Assembly (NCBI GenBank): GCA_035701505.1
Contig: DASSSA010000133.1
Coordinates: 11,748 to 75,747 of the forward strand
Direction: 5' to 3'
DNA: 64,000 nucleotides
From: Actinomycetota bacterium
Lineage (GTDB): Bacteria; Actinomycetota; UBA4738; HRBIN12
Below are positions 9,678-21,640 of this stretch, one piece after another; the stretch's first letter is position 1; each line of letters starts with the position of its first letter. The translations under genes were made by a program, and so were the position numbers. The notes beneath the pieces were generated by a model. The model did no database searches and was not told where the DNA came from. It saw only the letters and a program-made list of their open reading frames with translations.

Positions 9678-10745
9678 ATGACCCGGACGGGAGGGCCACC
9701 GACCGCCCGGGCCAACCCTCCGTTGGTGTGGGTGGCGCTGGGCGCCGTCTACATCGTGTGGGGAACGACGTACTTCGCCATCCGCATCGTCAACGAGACG
9801 ATGCCCCCGCTCCTCTCAGCATCCATCAGGTTCCTAGTGGCGGGAACGGTGATGTTCGCCTGGACCATCCGACGGGGGAACAGGGATGGCGACCGGCCCG
9901 GCCCTCGCCAGTGGCGCGCGGCGGCCATCGTCGGGTGCGCGCTGCTCCTCGGCGGGAACGGCGGGGTCGTGTGGGCCGAGCGAACGGTTCCCTCCGGCAT
10001 CGTGGCCCTGATCATCGCCCTCGTCCCACTGTGGATGGCGCTCGTCGACCGGGTGCTGCTGAAGCACCGGCTCGGCGTACCGACGCTCGTCGGGCTGACC
10101 ACGGGGTTCGCGGGGGCGGCGCTCCTCGTGGGGAGCTCGGCGAGCGGCGGAGGGGTTGACCTCGACGGGATGCTGTTCGCCCTGGGGGCCTCGCTCAGCT
10201 GGGCGTCGGGGTCGCTGTACTCGCGCCATGCGCCGCTCCCCAAGCGGCCGTTCGTCGGCGTGGGGATGGAGATGCTGTGCGGCGGCGTCGCGTTCGGAGT
10301 CGTGGCGATGCTGGCCGGCGAGCTCGGCGAGATCCACCCCGAGCGGTTCTCGACGGCGTCGCTGCTCGCCCTGGGGTACCTCATCGTGTTCGGTTCGTTC
10401 GCCGGCCTCGGGTCCTACCTGTGGCTGCTGCGCAACGCCCGCACGTCGCTGGTCTCGACCTACGCCTATGTGAACCCGGTGGTCGCCGTGTTCCTGGGGT
10501 GGGCGTTCCTATCGGAGTCCATCGGCGTACGGACCGTGGTGGCCGGCCTCATCGTCCTGGGATCGGTCGCGTTGATCATCGCGTCGGGCGAGGCCACACC
10601 CGCCCCGGAGGCGGCCTCAGGCGGGGAGCTCACCAAGGAGGGGCGGGCGGGCGTCGAAGGCGAGCTCGCGCTCGAGGGCGTGGGCCACCCGGAGCAGGAG
10701 GGACTCCCCAAGGACCGGCGCCGTGACCTGGAGCCCGACGGGTAG
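9678..10745 (+). CDS. EamA/DMT-family transporter (10-TM drug/metabolite exporter)
   Basis: Two EamA-like repeats (WGTTYFAIRI... and ASLSWASGSLYSR...). ATG at 9678. The track fuses it to upstream junk as 8301..10745. The C-terminal 129 nt overlap the 3' end of gatA on the opposite strand. Confidence 0.8.
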   Translation: MTRTGGPPTARANPPLVWVALGAVYIVWGTTYFAIRIVNETMPPLLSASIRFLVAGTVMFAWTIRRGNRDGDRPGPRQWRAAAIVGCALLLGGNGGVVWAERTVPSGIVALIIALVPLWMALVDRVLLKHRLGVPTLVGLTTGFAGAALLVGSSASGGGVDLDGMLFALGASLSWASGSLYSRHAPLPKRPFVGVGMEMLCGGVAFGVVAMLAGELGEIHPERFSTASLLALGYLIVFGSFAGLGSYLWLLRNARTSLVSTYAYVNPVVAVFLGWAFLSESIGVRTVVAGLIVLGSVALIIASGEATPAPEAASGGELTKEGRAGVEGELALEGVGHPEQEGLPKDRRRDLEPDG

Positions 10746-12089
10746 GCCCACCTGGTCCAGGCCGGATGGGATGGAGATGCCAGGCACTCCCGCCAGGTTG
10801 GCCGGGATGGTGAACACATCGGAGAGGTACATCGCGAGGGGATCGTCCGCCCGCTCCCCGATCCGAAAGGCGGTGGTGGGCGAGGTCGGCGACACCAGCA
10901 CGTCGAACGACTCGAAGGCCTTCTCGTAGTCCTGGATGATCAACGTGCGGACCTTCTGGGCCTGCCCGTAATAGGCCTCGTAGTAGCCGGCAGACAGCGC
11001 GTACGTGCCGAGCATGATGCGGCGCTTGACCTCCGGGCCGAAGCCGGCGCCGCGGGTCCTTGCCATCATCTCGATCGAGTCCTCGCCGGGAACCCGCAGG
11101 CCGTACCGGACCCCGTCGTACCGGGCCAGGTTCGAGGAGGCCTCGGACGGGGCGATCAGGTAATACGCGGACAGCGCGTAGTCGGCGTGCGGCAGCGACG
11201 CCTCCCCGATCGATGCCCCGATGTCCGACAGCCGGTCCAGGGCGGACCCGACGCTCGACCGGACGCCCGGTTGCACGCCTTCGCCGAACGCCTCCTTGAC
11301 CACGCCGACCCGGAGCCCGCTCACGCCCTCGTCCAGGCCCTGGGTGTAGTCGTCAATGGTCCGGTCCAGGCTGGTGGCATCCAGCGGGTCACGGCCGGCG
11401 ACGGCCGACAGCAGGATCGCCGCGTCCCGCACGCTACGGGTGAACGTCCCGACCGTGTCGAGTGACGAGGCGAAGGCGATGAGGCCGTACCGGGAGATGA
11501 GCCCGTACGTCGGCTTCAGCCCCACCACCCCGCACAGCGACGCGGGTTGGCGCACGGAGCCTCCGGTGTCGGTGCCCAGAGCCCACACCGCCTCTCCCGC
11601 GGCTACCGCGGCCGCCGACCCGCCCGACGATCCCCCGGGCACGGTGTCAAGGTCCCACGGGTTGTGCACCGGGCCGAACGCGGAGTTCTCGTTCGACGAG
11701 CCCATGGCGAACTCGTCGCAGTTGGTCTTCCCTACGAGCACCGAATCCCCCGCAGCCAGCCGGGCCCAGGGCGTGCAGTCGAACGGGGGCACGTAGCTCT
11801 CGAGGATCCTCGATCCGCACGTCGTGGCGATGTCCTTCGTGGACAGGACGTCCTTCAAGGCGATCGGGATGCCGGCGGCGGAGGACGCGTCGCCCGCGGC
11901 GATGCGCGCGTCCGCCCCCGCCGCGCGCTCCCGCGCGAGCTCCGGCGTCCGCGCGAGGAACGCGCCGACCCGCCCATCCACGGCCTCCATCCGGGCGAGG
12001 CACGACTCCGTGACCTCCGCGCTCGAGGTCTCGCCAGCCCGGAACTTCGCGGCCAGGTCGGCCGCAGTGAGGTCGCAGAACTCGGCCAC
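10617..12089 (-). CDS. gatA: Glutamyl-tRNA(Gln) amidotransferase subunit A (amidase signature family)
   Basis: Amidase signature GGSSGGSAAAVAAG. I place the start at the GTG at 12087-12089, with GGAGG 5-8 nt upstream and 1 nt after the gatC stop. The track ORF (10617..12263) extends further into junk. Confidence 0.95.
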   Translation of the reverse strand: MAEFCDLTAADLAAKFRAGETSSAEVTESCLARMEAVDGRVGAFLARTPELARERAAGADARIAAGDASSAAGIPIALKDVLSTKDIATTCGSRILESYVPPFDCTPWARLAAGDSVLVGKTNCDEFAMGSSNENSAFGPVHNPWDLDTVPGGSSGGSAAAVAAGEAVWALGTDTGGSVRQPASLCGVVGLKPTYGLISRYGLIAFASSLDTVGTFTRSVRDAAILLSAVAGRDPLDATSLDRTIDDYTQGLDEGVSGLRVGVVKEAFGEGVQPGVRSSVGSALDRLSDIGASIGEASLPHADYALSAYYLIAPSEASSNLARYDGVRYGLRVPGEDSIEMMARTRGAGFGPEVKRRIMLGTYALSAGYYEAYYGQAQKVRTLIIQDYEKAFESFDVLVSPTSPTTAFRIGERADDPLAMYLSDVFTIPANLAGVPGISIPSGLDQVGLPVGLQVTAPVLGESLLLRVAHALERELAFDARPPLLGELPA

Positions 12090-12090
12090 C

Positions 12091-12381
12091 TCAGCCGACC
12101 TCCGCGATCGGTGGGACCTTGAACCGGTCGCCCTCCCGCTCGGGCGCGTTGGCCAGCGCCTCCTCGCGAGAGAGCGAGGGCACCGGCTCGTCGGGCCGCA
12201 GCACGTTCGCCCGTGGGATTGCGTACGCGGTCGGTGGCACGTCGGCCGCTGCCACCTCGCCAACCTTCGCCGCGCTCTCCAGGATCAACCCGAGCTGCGC
12301 CTTCAGCCGCTCCTTCTCCTCGGCGTTGAGGTCGAGACGGGCCAACTTGGCCACGTGGTCGATGTCGATCTCGACGGGCAT
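12091..12381 (-). CDS. gatC: Asp/Glu-tRNA amidotransferase subunit C
   Basis: 96 aa, MPVEIDIDHVAKLARLDLNAEEKERL..., typical GatC. The gatC-gatA-gatB order is conserved. Confidence 0.9.
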   Translation of the reverse strand: MPVEIDIDHVAKLARLDLNAEEKERLKAQLGLILESAAKVGEVAAADVPPTAYAIPRANVLRPDEPVPSLSREEALANAPEREGDRFKVPPIAEVG

Positions 12382-12392
12382 GGCCCGCCAGT

Positions 12393-13865
12393 CTAGTTGG
12401 GACTGTGCGTGTCCACGTAGCCGGGCGGCGGGGTCTCGCCGGGAGCCGGCTCATGGACCAACCCGGGGCCCTCGTCCGGCGGGATCGGCACATCGAGTCG
12501 GCCCGATGCCAGCAGGGAGAGCATGTCGACCCCCATCTCCACCGGATCGATCGTCCGGACAACCGACCATCGGAAGGCACCGTCGGACACCTTCTCCGAC
12601 AGGTCGATCTCCGTGGCCTCTGCGGCGTTGCCCTCAGCGTCGAGGACCAACCGGATCGTGGGACGCCCCAGCGCGCGCTCATGGTTCCGCACGACCACGC
12701 CGACCTCCCCGGTCGAGAGCTGGACCAGCGACCCGACCGGGAATAACCCCACGAGCCGGACGAACGTTCGGACCACGCGAGGGTCGAACGAGCGGCCCGC
12801 CCCAGTCTGCAGGATGGCCAGGGCCTGGCGCCGCTCCTCTGGCTTTCGATAGGAGCGCTTGCTGGTGATCGCGTCGAAGCAGTCGGCCACGGAAACGATT
12901 CGCGACGGGAGGGAGGCCACGCGACGACCGGAGAGCGAGGGATAGCCCGACCCGTCGAACGCGGCGTGGTGCTCCAGCACGACGGACATGGCCGGGTGGA
13001 GGGGATCGCGGGTGGTGACGGCGACGAGCCCGGCCCCGTCCACCGGATGACGCTGGATCAGCCGCCACTGCTCCTCGTTCAGCAACCCGTCGTGCTGGAG
13101 GACCTCCCTGGGGACCTTCACCTTCCCCACGTCGTGCAGCAGGCCGCCGATCCCGAGCGCGATCGATTGCTCGTGGGACAGGCCGATGGCCCTGGCCAGG
13201 GCCAGCGACAGGATGCAGACATTCACCATGTGGTGGTACGTGTATTCGTCGTAGGACTTCACCGTGGTGAGCAGCAGCGCCTGGGCGGGGTCATCGGAGA
13301 TCAGCTCCGCCAGGTGCTCGGTGAGGCGCACGGTCGCGTCCAGGTCCGCGGGCCGCCCCGCCAGCAGCCGAGCCGCCGTCTGGCGCAAGAGCTCCAGCCC
13401 GGCTGCGTAGCTCTGGAGGAGCTCGGACATGCCGGACACGTCCGCATCGGGAACGACCGGGGTGGCCCGGTTCACCCCGATCCATGCCAGCTCCTTCTCG
13501 GCGCCCTTCTCCCCCATCAGCAACCTGAGGAGGGCGTCGGCATCGGACTGGGTCACGCCGGGGCGGAACTCGAGTGAGCGGACGCCTGCCTCGGCCATCG
13601 ACTGGGCCAGACGGTTCAGCGTGAGCGACTCCCACGCGAGGAGGGTCGCGCCCATGTAGAAGTTGCCGTCCGACACGAACAGGACCACGGGCCGACCCCG
13701 CGCGTCGCACAGCCCACCGATCTGTCCGGTGAGATCCGCGGTGGTCTCCATCCGCTTGGGATGCTCGCCCGGGTACAAGGCGTAGACCTGTCGAGCCGCC
13801 GAAAGCGTCCGAAGGAACTCGCGGGCCCTGACGATCTCGATCTCCGATGTGGGCACGCTCATCAC
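12393..13865 (-). CDS. HD-GYP domain phosphohydrolase (putative c-di-GMP phosphodiesterase) with about 200-aa N-terminal domain of unknown function and about 100-aa C-terminal extension
   Basis: HD motif (HHMVNV...HDVGK) and GYP motif (HHAAFDGSGYP) read directly from the translation. The ATG overlaps the stop of the upstream HEAT-repeat gene (ATGA, 13862-13865). Confidence 0.85.
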   Translation of the reverse strand: MMSVPTSEIEIVRAREFLRTLSAARQVYALYPGEHPKRMETTADLTGQIGGLCDARGRPVVLFVSDGNFYMGATLLAWESLTLNRLAQSMAEAGVRSLEFRPGVTQSDADALLRLLMGEKGAEKELAWIGVNRATPVVPDADVSGMSELLQSYAAGLELLRQTAARLLAGRPADLDATVRLTEHLAELISDDPAQALLLTTVKSYDEYTYHHMVNVCILSLALARAIGLSHEQSIALGIGGLLHDVGKVKVPREVLQHDGLLNEEQWRLIQRHPVDGAGLVAVTTRDPLHPAMSVVLEHHAAFDGSGYPSLSGRRVASLPSRIVSVADCFDAITSKRSYRKPEERRQALAILQTGAGRSFDPRVVRTFVRLVGLFPVGSLVQLSTGEVGVVVRNHERALGRPTIRLVLDAEGNAAEATEIDLSEKVSDGAFRWSVVRTIDPVEMGVDMLSLLASGRLDVPIPPDEGPGLVHEPAPGETPPPGYVDTHSPN

Positions 13866-15826
13866 CCGGCTCCCCTCGCGTCACGGAGGAGCCGGCGGGC
13901 ATACCGGCGGAGCTTCCATGGCAGCCTGGGTCGGGTATCGCCCTCTGAGAGGAGGCGGAGTACCTCCCGCCCCTCGCCTCCCTCGGCCAGCTCGTCGAGG
14001 GCCTGCCGGCGAAGGCCCCGATCGGTGCTGGACCGAGCGATGTCTCCAAGGGCTGCCGCGGCCTCTGGGGCGAAGATGGCCCCAAGCACGGACACGGCGG
14101 TGGGCCGAACATCCTGGAGGCCTTCCGCTGCCAGCGTCCGGAGGTGGGGCACGGCCTTGACGCCACCCGCCACGACGAGAGCCTTCACCGCCTCCTTTCG
14201 AACCTGGGCCGACGGATGGCGAGCCGCCCAGACCAGCTGGTCCAGCACCTCCTCACCTCCGGCGTTGCCCAGCAGGTTCGCGGCGTTCCTCACTACGTAC
14301 CACCGGGGATCCTCCAGCCGCGCCACCACCGGCCTCAGGTGCCCCCGCGCGACCTGGCGAAGCGCAGCCAGTAGATGGGCGCGCCGTTCCCGATCCGCCT
14401 CGGCGAGCAGGTCCAGGAGCACCTCCACCCCGAGATCGCCGAAGGGTTCCAACACTTCGGGGACCGTGGCACCACCGTCTTCGGCGCGCGCCGTGTCCAT
14501 GATCGCCAACACCGCCTCAGGCGCCAGGGCCTGTCTGACGTACGCGGCGTACAGGGATTGCCGTTCGTCGCCTGCTCCCCCCAGGGCCGCCCGAACCGGT
14601 TCCAGGAGCTCGCGGACGCGAACGGGATCCCGCATCGCCATGGCTGACTGGAGCCCTTGGGCCCACATGGACAGCACCTCGCCGAGCCGCTCGTCGTCAT
14701 GCTCGAGGGTCACGTAGTCGTGGAGCGCCAGCAGCGCCGATGTCTGCCGCTGCTCGTCCGTTCGGGGAAGGGTGGCTTGCATCGTTCGCACGTCGTCGCG
14801 TTCGGTCGCGGTCAGGTAGCCGGCGAGCGCATCCGTCACCGAGCCCTCGGGACCAACCGTCTCGGGCTCCGCGAGGTCCACCCCGAGCGCCTCCAGGCCC
14901 GCCAAGATCGTGCCGGCCTCTTCCCGTCCGGCCTCGAGCGCCTCGGTCAGGTCGACAAGGTCCAGGTGCCGGACGCCGGCGGCTGCGAGATGGGTGGCCA
15001 GCTCCACGGGATCCCGTCGGCCATCCCGGCCCAGGTCGACGAGCGCCCGGGTGAGCTCGGCGTTGCTCATCGTGCCGATGAACCGCTCAGCCAGGGGGTC
15101 TTCGCGGACCCGATCCACCAGCAGCTCGACGAGCGAGCGGCGGAGCTCCGCTGGGAGCTCCGTGACGACGTCGTGCACCGTCGCGTGCAGGTCGATCTCC
15201 CGTCCCGCCTCGATCGACAGGTCCGAGACCAGGCCCCTCAGGCGTCCGAACAGGGCTTCGGCCTGGGTCTCCGGCCCGCCGGCGAGGTCGTCGATCCGAA
15301 GCTGTGAGGCGAGCACGTGGGCATCCGGCACGCGAGCGGGGTTGGCCACCACGTCCTCGGCCTCGTGGTCGGCTCCCTCGACGGCGGAGGGTCCCAGGGC
15401 AGAGAGCACGATCGACCCGACGCCCGCAGAGGCAAGCATCTCCTCCGCACCGCCCTGTTCCCTGAGATCCTCGGAAGGCATCGACAGCACGGCGAAGGCC
15501 CGTTCGAGGTCACGAACGTCAGGCACGGTGCCGATGGCCACCCGCTCCACGCGACGTTCGAAGCACGCGCGGGCCAGCCGCTCGGTCGACTCGATGGGGG
15601 GCAGGGGCGTGCCCTCGAGCACGAAGCCCTCGCTTCGAACCTCCACGTCGATCGGCCCGGCTGCGAGAGCCGAGCGGACCGACTCGTCGATCCGCTCCAC
15701 CGCCGCCGCGAAGCCGGGGCGATTCAAGCTCCCTGGGAACAACCGGTACGCGGCCAGACCGAGCCAGAGCTGCCGCAGCAGCTCCGCGACTTCGCGGGCG
15801 CGATCATCCCCCTCGCTCACGACCAC
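13862..15826 (-). CDS. HEAT-repeat (PBS-lyase-like) protein of 654 aa. The N-terminal roughly 110 aa are paralogous to the N-terminus of the downstream HD-GYP protein.
   Basis: C-terminal tandem repeats of the form (VRxxAxxALGxxGxxxAvxxL). My pairwise reading against the HD-GYP N-terminus finds shared motifs Y-x-L-[YF]-P-G, G-P-[VI]-x-[LV]-x-V-[SR]-x-G-[NF]-[FV] and RLA...V...D...LL. The stop overlaps the HD-GYP start. Confidence 0.75.
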   Translation of the reverse strand: MVVSEGDDRAREVAELLRQLWLGLAAYRLFPGSLNRPGFAAAVERIDESVRSALAAGPIDVEVRSEGFVLEGTPLPPIESTERLARACFERRVERVAIGTVPDVRDLERAFAVLSMPSEDLREQGGAEEMLASAGVGSIVLSALGPSAVEGADHEAEDVVANPARVPDAHVLASQLRIDDLAGGPETQAEALFGRLRGLVSDLSIEAGREIDLHATVHDVVTELPAELRRSLVELLVDRVREDPLAERFIGTMSNAELTRALVDLGRDGRRDPVELATHLAAAGVRHLDLVDLTEALEAGREEAGTILAGLEALGVDLAEPETVGPEGSVTDALAGYLTATERDDVRTMQATLPRTDEQRQTSALLALHDYVTLEHDDERLGEVLSMWAQGLQSAMAMRDPVRVRELLEPVRAALGGAGDERQSLYAAYVRQALAPEAVLAIMDTARAEDGGATVPEVLEPFGDLGVEVLLDLLAEADRERRAHLLAALRQVARGHLRPVVARLEDPRWYVVRNAANLLGNAGGEEVLDQLVWAARHPSAQVRKEAVKALVVAGGVKAVPHLRTLAAEGLQDVRPTAVSVLGAIFAPEAAAALGDIARSSTDRGLRRQALDELAEGGEGREVLRLLSEGDTRPRLPWKLRRYARRLLRDARGAG

Positions 15827-15966
15827 CTCGATCGGATCCCAACCCCCTCCCGCGGGGTTATCGACAGGCGGCCGGCTCGGCCTAAGCCGAGGGACCCCAT
15901 GACGGAGCCCGGGGCGGCCACCCCCGTCGGGAGGACGGTGGAGTCGCTTGCGTCACGAGCCTCGGG

Positions 15967-16890
15967 CTACCGGAAGATGCCGAAGCGCGGCTCGACCCGT
16001 TGAGCCATCGCGGCGGCCATAAGCGCGTTCCCCACCAGCCAGACGTCGGTGATCGGGCCGACCCCGCCGGGGACGGGCGTGATGGCCTCGGCCCTGGCCG
16101 CGACGCTCTCGAAGTCCAGATCGCCGACCATCCGGGTCTTGCCCGTGGCCGGGTCCTCCACCGCGTGAATGCCGACATCCACTGCGATCACACCGTCCCG
16201 GACCATGTCGCCGGTCACGAGGGCTCGCACCCCCGCCGCGACGATCAGGATGTCGGCCAGGCACGTGAACTCGCTGAGCTTGCCGGCCGCGTGCGTGCGG
16301 CTGTGGCAGGCGACCACGGTGGCGTCGCGCTGAAGCCCGAGCCACTGCGCCGGCTTGCCAACGCTGTTCGAGCGGCCGACCACCACGATGGTCTTGCCCG
16401 AGTAGAACGTGGCGGGATCTCGGCCTGTCGATCCGAGGTAGGCGTCCAGCAGGTAGTAGCAGGAGGCCGGAGTGGACGGGAGGAACCGCGGGCGCCCCTG
16501 GGCCAGCAGACCGGTGTTCTGCGGGTGCACTGCCTCGATGTCCTTCAGCGGATCGATCGCGCTGTTGATCTCGGCCTCGGGGATGTGCGACGGGAGCGGA
16601 TGCAGAACCAGGATCCCGGTGATCCTTGGATCGGCGTTCAGCTTGCCGATCGTCGCCACCACATCCGCGAGCTCGACGTCGGCGGGCAGGCTCTCGGTCA
16701 CGTACCGGTATTCGAGCGCCTCGCACAGCCGCCGCACATGACGCTCGTACGCCTGGGCGGCGAAGTCCTCGCCCACCAGCACCGTGGCCAGGCCGGGCCG
16801 CACTTCGGACAGCCGAAGGACCTTGAGCTCGTCCTCGATCGAGTGCCGCAGGTGGTCCGCGACCGCGTTCCCATCGATTACGTGGGCCAC
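15967..16890 (-). CDS. folD: Bifunctional methylenetetrahydrofolate dehydrogenase/cyclohydrolase
   Basis: 307 aa. FolD-like throughout, with NAD(P) site GRSNSVGKP. Confidence 0.95.
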   Translation of the reverse strand: MAHVIDGNAVADHLRHSIEDELKVLRLSEVRPGLATVLVGEDFAAQAYERHVRRLCEALEYRYVTESLPADVELADVVATIGKLNADPRITGILVLHPLPSHIPEAEINSAIDPLKDIEAVHPQNTGLLAQGRPRFLPSTPASCYYLLDAYLGSTGRDPATFYSGKTIVVVGRSNSVGKPAQWLGLQRDATVVACHSRTHAAGKLSEFTCLADILIVAAGVRALVTGDMVRDGVIAVDVGIHAVEDPATGKTRMVGDLDFESVAARAEAITPVPGGVGPITDVWLVGNALMAAAMAQRVEPRFGIFR

Positions 16891-16914
16891 GTCATCCCTC
16901 CTCGATGGTCGAGG

Positions 16915-19624
<2,710 letters not shown>

Positions 19625-19713
19625 GCGGTGCCCTCCGTGGGCCCGTCCGGGACCCGAAGGCCGATGATAACGAGCCCCGCCGCCGGGAATCCGGCGGCGG
19701 GGCTCCACAGTGC

Positions 19714-20793
19714 CTACCGCAAGGACTCGATGGTCCTGGCGCCGCCGAGGAGCTCGTCGCCCCGGTACACCACGACGCTCTGACCCGGCGCCACGCCGCG
19801 CTGCGGCGTGCGGAACTCCACACGCACCCGGCCATCGATCGCCTCGACGACGGCGGGGACGTCCTCGCCGTTGTAGCGGATCCTGACCTCGGCCTCGAAT
19901 GGGCCGGCGGCGGGCGGCTCGCCGCCCACCCACGAGACCCGGTCGGCCACGAGCCCCCGTCGCATCAGCAGATCGCCCGGGCCCACGACCACGCGGTTCG
20001 CGCGAGCGTCGACCTCCACGACGTACGACCGTTCGCCCGTGGACACGCCGATGCCGCGACGCTGTCCGACGGTGAACCGGAACGACCCTCGATGGCGACC
20101 GATCACGTTGCCATCAGGATCGACAACCTCACCCGGGCGAACCATGCCGGGCGCGTGCTCCTCGATGAAGGCGGCGTGATCCGCTCCGGGGACGAAGCAG
20201 ATCTCCTGCGAGTCTGGCTTGGCCGCGACCGGAAGGCCGAAGCGCTCGGCGAGGGCGCGGGTTTCGGCCTTGGCCATGCCGCCGACGGGGAAGCGAGCCC
20301 TGGCCAGCTCGCGCTGGCCCAGGGTGTGGAGCATGTAGGACTGGTCCTTGCCGTCATCGGCGCCGCGAAGGAGATGCCATCGCCCCGCTGGATCTCGATC
20401 GGTTCGGACGTAATGCCCGGTGGCCACGAGGTCGACGCCCAGGCGATCTGCCCGCTCGAGGAACGCACCGAACTTGATGTGCTCGTTGCACCGCGCGCAT
20501 GGGTTCGGCGTCCGGCCGGCCTCGTGCTCCTCGAAGAAGTCCGCCAGGACCGTCTCAGCGAACGACGCCGACATGTCGACGACCTCGAAGGCGAACCCGC
20601 CGATGCGGGCCACGGCCTCCGCGTCGGCGCGGGCGCTCGGGCCGCAGCAGCCATGGTCCACGCCGTCGGCCAGGTGCACCATGTTCATGTGGGAGCCGAG
20701 CACCTCGTAGCCCTGTTCGACGAGCAGACAGGCCGAGACAGAGGAGTCGACCCCGCCCGACATCGCGACCAGCACGGAACCCTTCGAGCCCAT
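19714..20793 (-). CDS. mnmA: tRNA-specific 2-thiouridylase
   Basis: PP-loop SGGVDSS, a catalytic Cys pair and the MnmA C-terminal domain. Start taken at MGSKGSVLVAMSGGVDSS (ATG 20791-20793). Confidence 0.9.
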   Translation of the reverse strand: MGSKGSVLVAMSGGVDSSVSACLLVEQGYEVLGSHMNMVHLADGVDHGCCGPSARADAEAVARIGGFAFEVVDMSASFAETVLADFFEEHEAGRTPNPCARCNEHIKFGAFLERADRLGVDLVATGHYVRTDRDPAGRWHLLRGADDGKDQSYMLHTLGQRELARARFPVGGMAKAETRALAERFGLPVAAKPDSQEICFVPGADHAAFIEEHAPGMVRPGEVVDPDGNVIGRHRGSFRFTVGQRRGIGVSTGERSYVVEVDARANRVVVGPGDLLMRRGLVADRVSWVGGEPPAAGPFEAEVRIRYNGEDVPAVVEAIDGRVRVEFRTPQRGVAPGQSVVVYRGDELLGGARTIESLR

Positions 20794-20870
20794 GGTGGTT
20801 GCGAGTCTACGACCGGCTAGTCCTGCCGCTCGGTATCCTGACGCACTGGCCAACCGATAGGGATCGAACC

Positions 20871-21638
20871 ATGAACGTCGTCGTCCTGGTGAAGTACGTG
20901 CCGGAACCCCAGGGCGTCCCCAAGCTCGGCGAGGACTTCCTCGTCCAGCGGGAGGGCGCCGAGGGAGCCCTGGACCCAGGCGACGAGTACGCGATCGAGG
21001 CCGCGCTGAAGCTCGTGGAGGAGCACGGGGGCGAGGTGGCCCTGGTCTCGATGGGCCCGGAGGGCGCGATGGCCGCCCTCCGACGAGGGCTGTCGATGGG
21101 GGCCGACCGGGGGGTCCTGGTCACGGACCCCGCGCTCCGCGGGGCCGACGTCCTGGTCACGGCCCGCGTCCTGGCCGCGGCCATCGGCCGCGGCGACTTC
21201 GACCTGGTGCTTGCCGGGGTCGAGTCGACCGACGGCTCCACCGGGACGCTGCCGATGACCGTCGCCGAGCTCCTGCAGATCCCCTCCGCCACGTTCGCGC
21301 GGAAGGTGGAGGTGAACGACGGATCACTCAGGGCCGAACGCCAGACCGAGGCTGGCTACGACGTGGTGGAGTCACCTCTCCCTGCGCTCGCCACGGTGAC
21401 CGGCAGCGCCGCGGAGCCTCGATATCCCACGCTGAAGGGGATCATGCAGTCGAAGCAGAAGCCGGTGGAACAGCTATCGGTCGTCGACCTGGGACTTTCG
21501 ACGGACGACATCGCGTCGTCCCAGCGGGTTACCTCGGTGAAGGCGGCTCCGGAAAAGGGGCGCGGCGAGGTAATCGAGGCCGGCGACGATGCGGCGGCCC
21601 GCATCGCGGACATCCTGGCCGACGCGAAAGTCATCTAG
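20871..21638 (+). CDS. etfB: Electron transfer flavoprotein beta subunit
   Basis: MNVVVLVKYVPEP... EtfB/FixA-like throughout. Confidence 0.9.
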   Translation: MNVVVLVKYVPEPQGVPKLGEDFLVQREGAEGALDPGDEYAIEAALKLVEEHGGEVALVSMGPEGAMAALRRGLSMGADRGVLVTDPALRGADVLVTARVLAAAIGRGDFDLVLAGVESTDGSTGTLPMTVAELLQIPSATFARKVEVNDGSLRAERQTEAGYDVVESPLPALATVTGSAAEPRYPTLKGIMQSKQKPVEQLSVVDLGLSTDDIASSQRVTSVKAAPEKGRGEVIEAGDDAAARIADILADAKVI

Positions 21639-21640
21639 GC

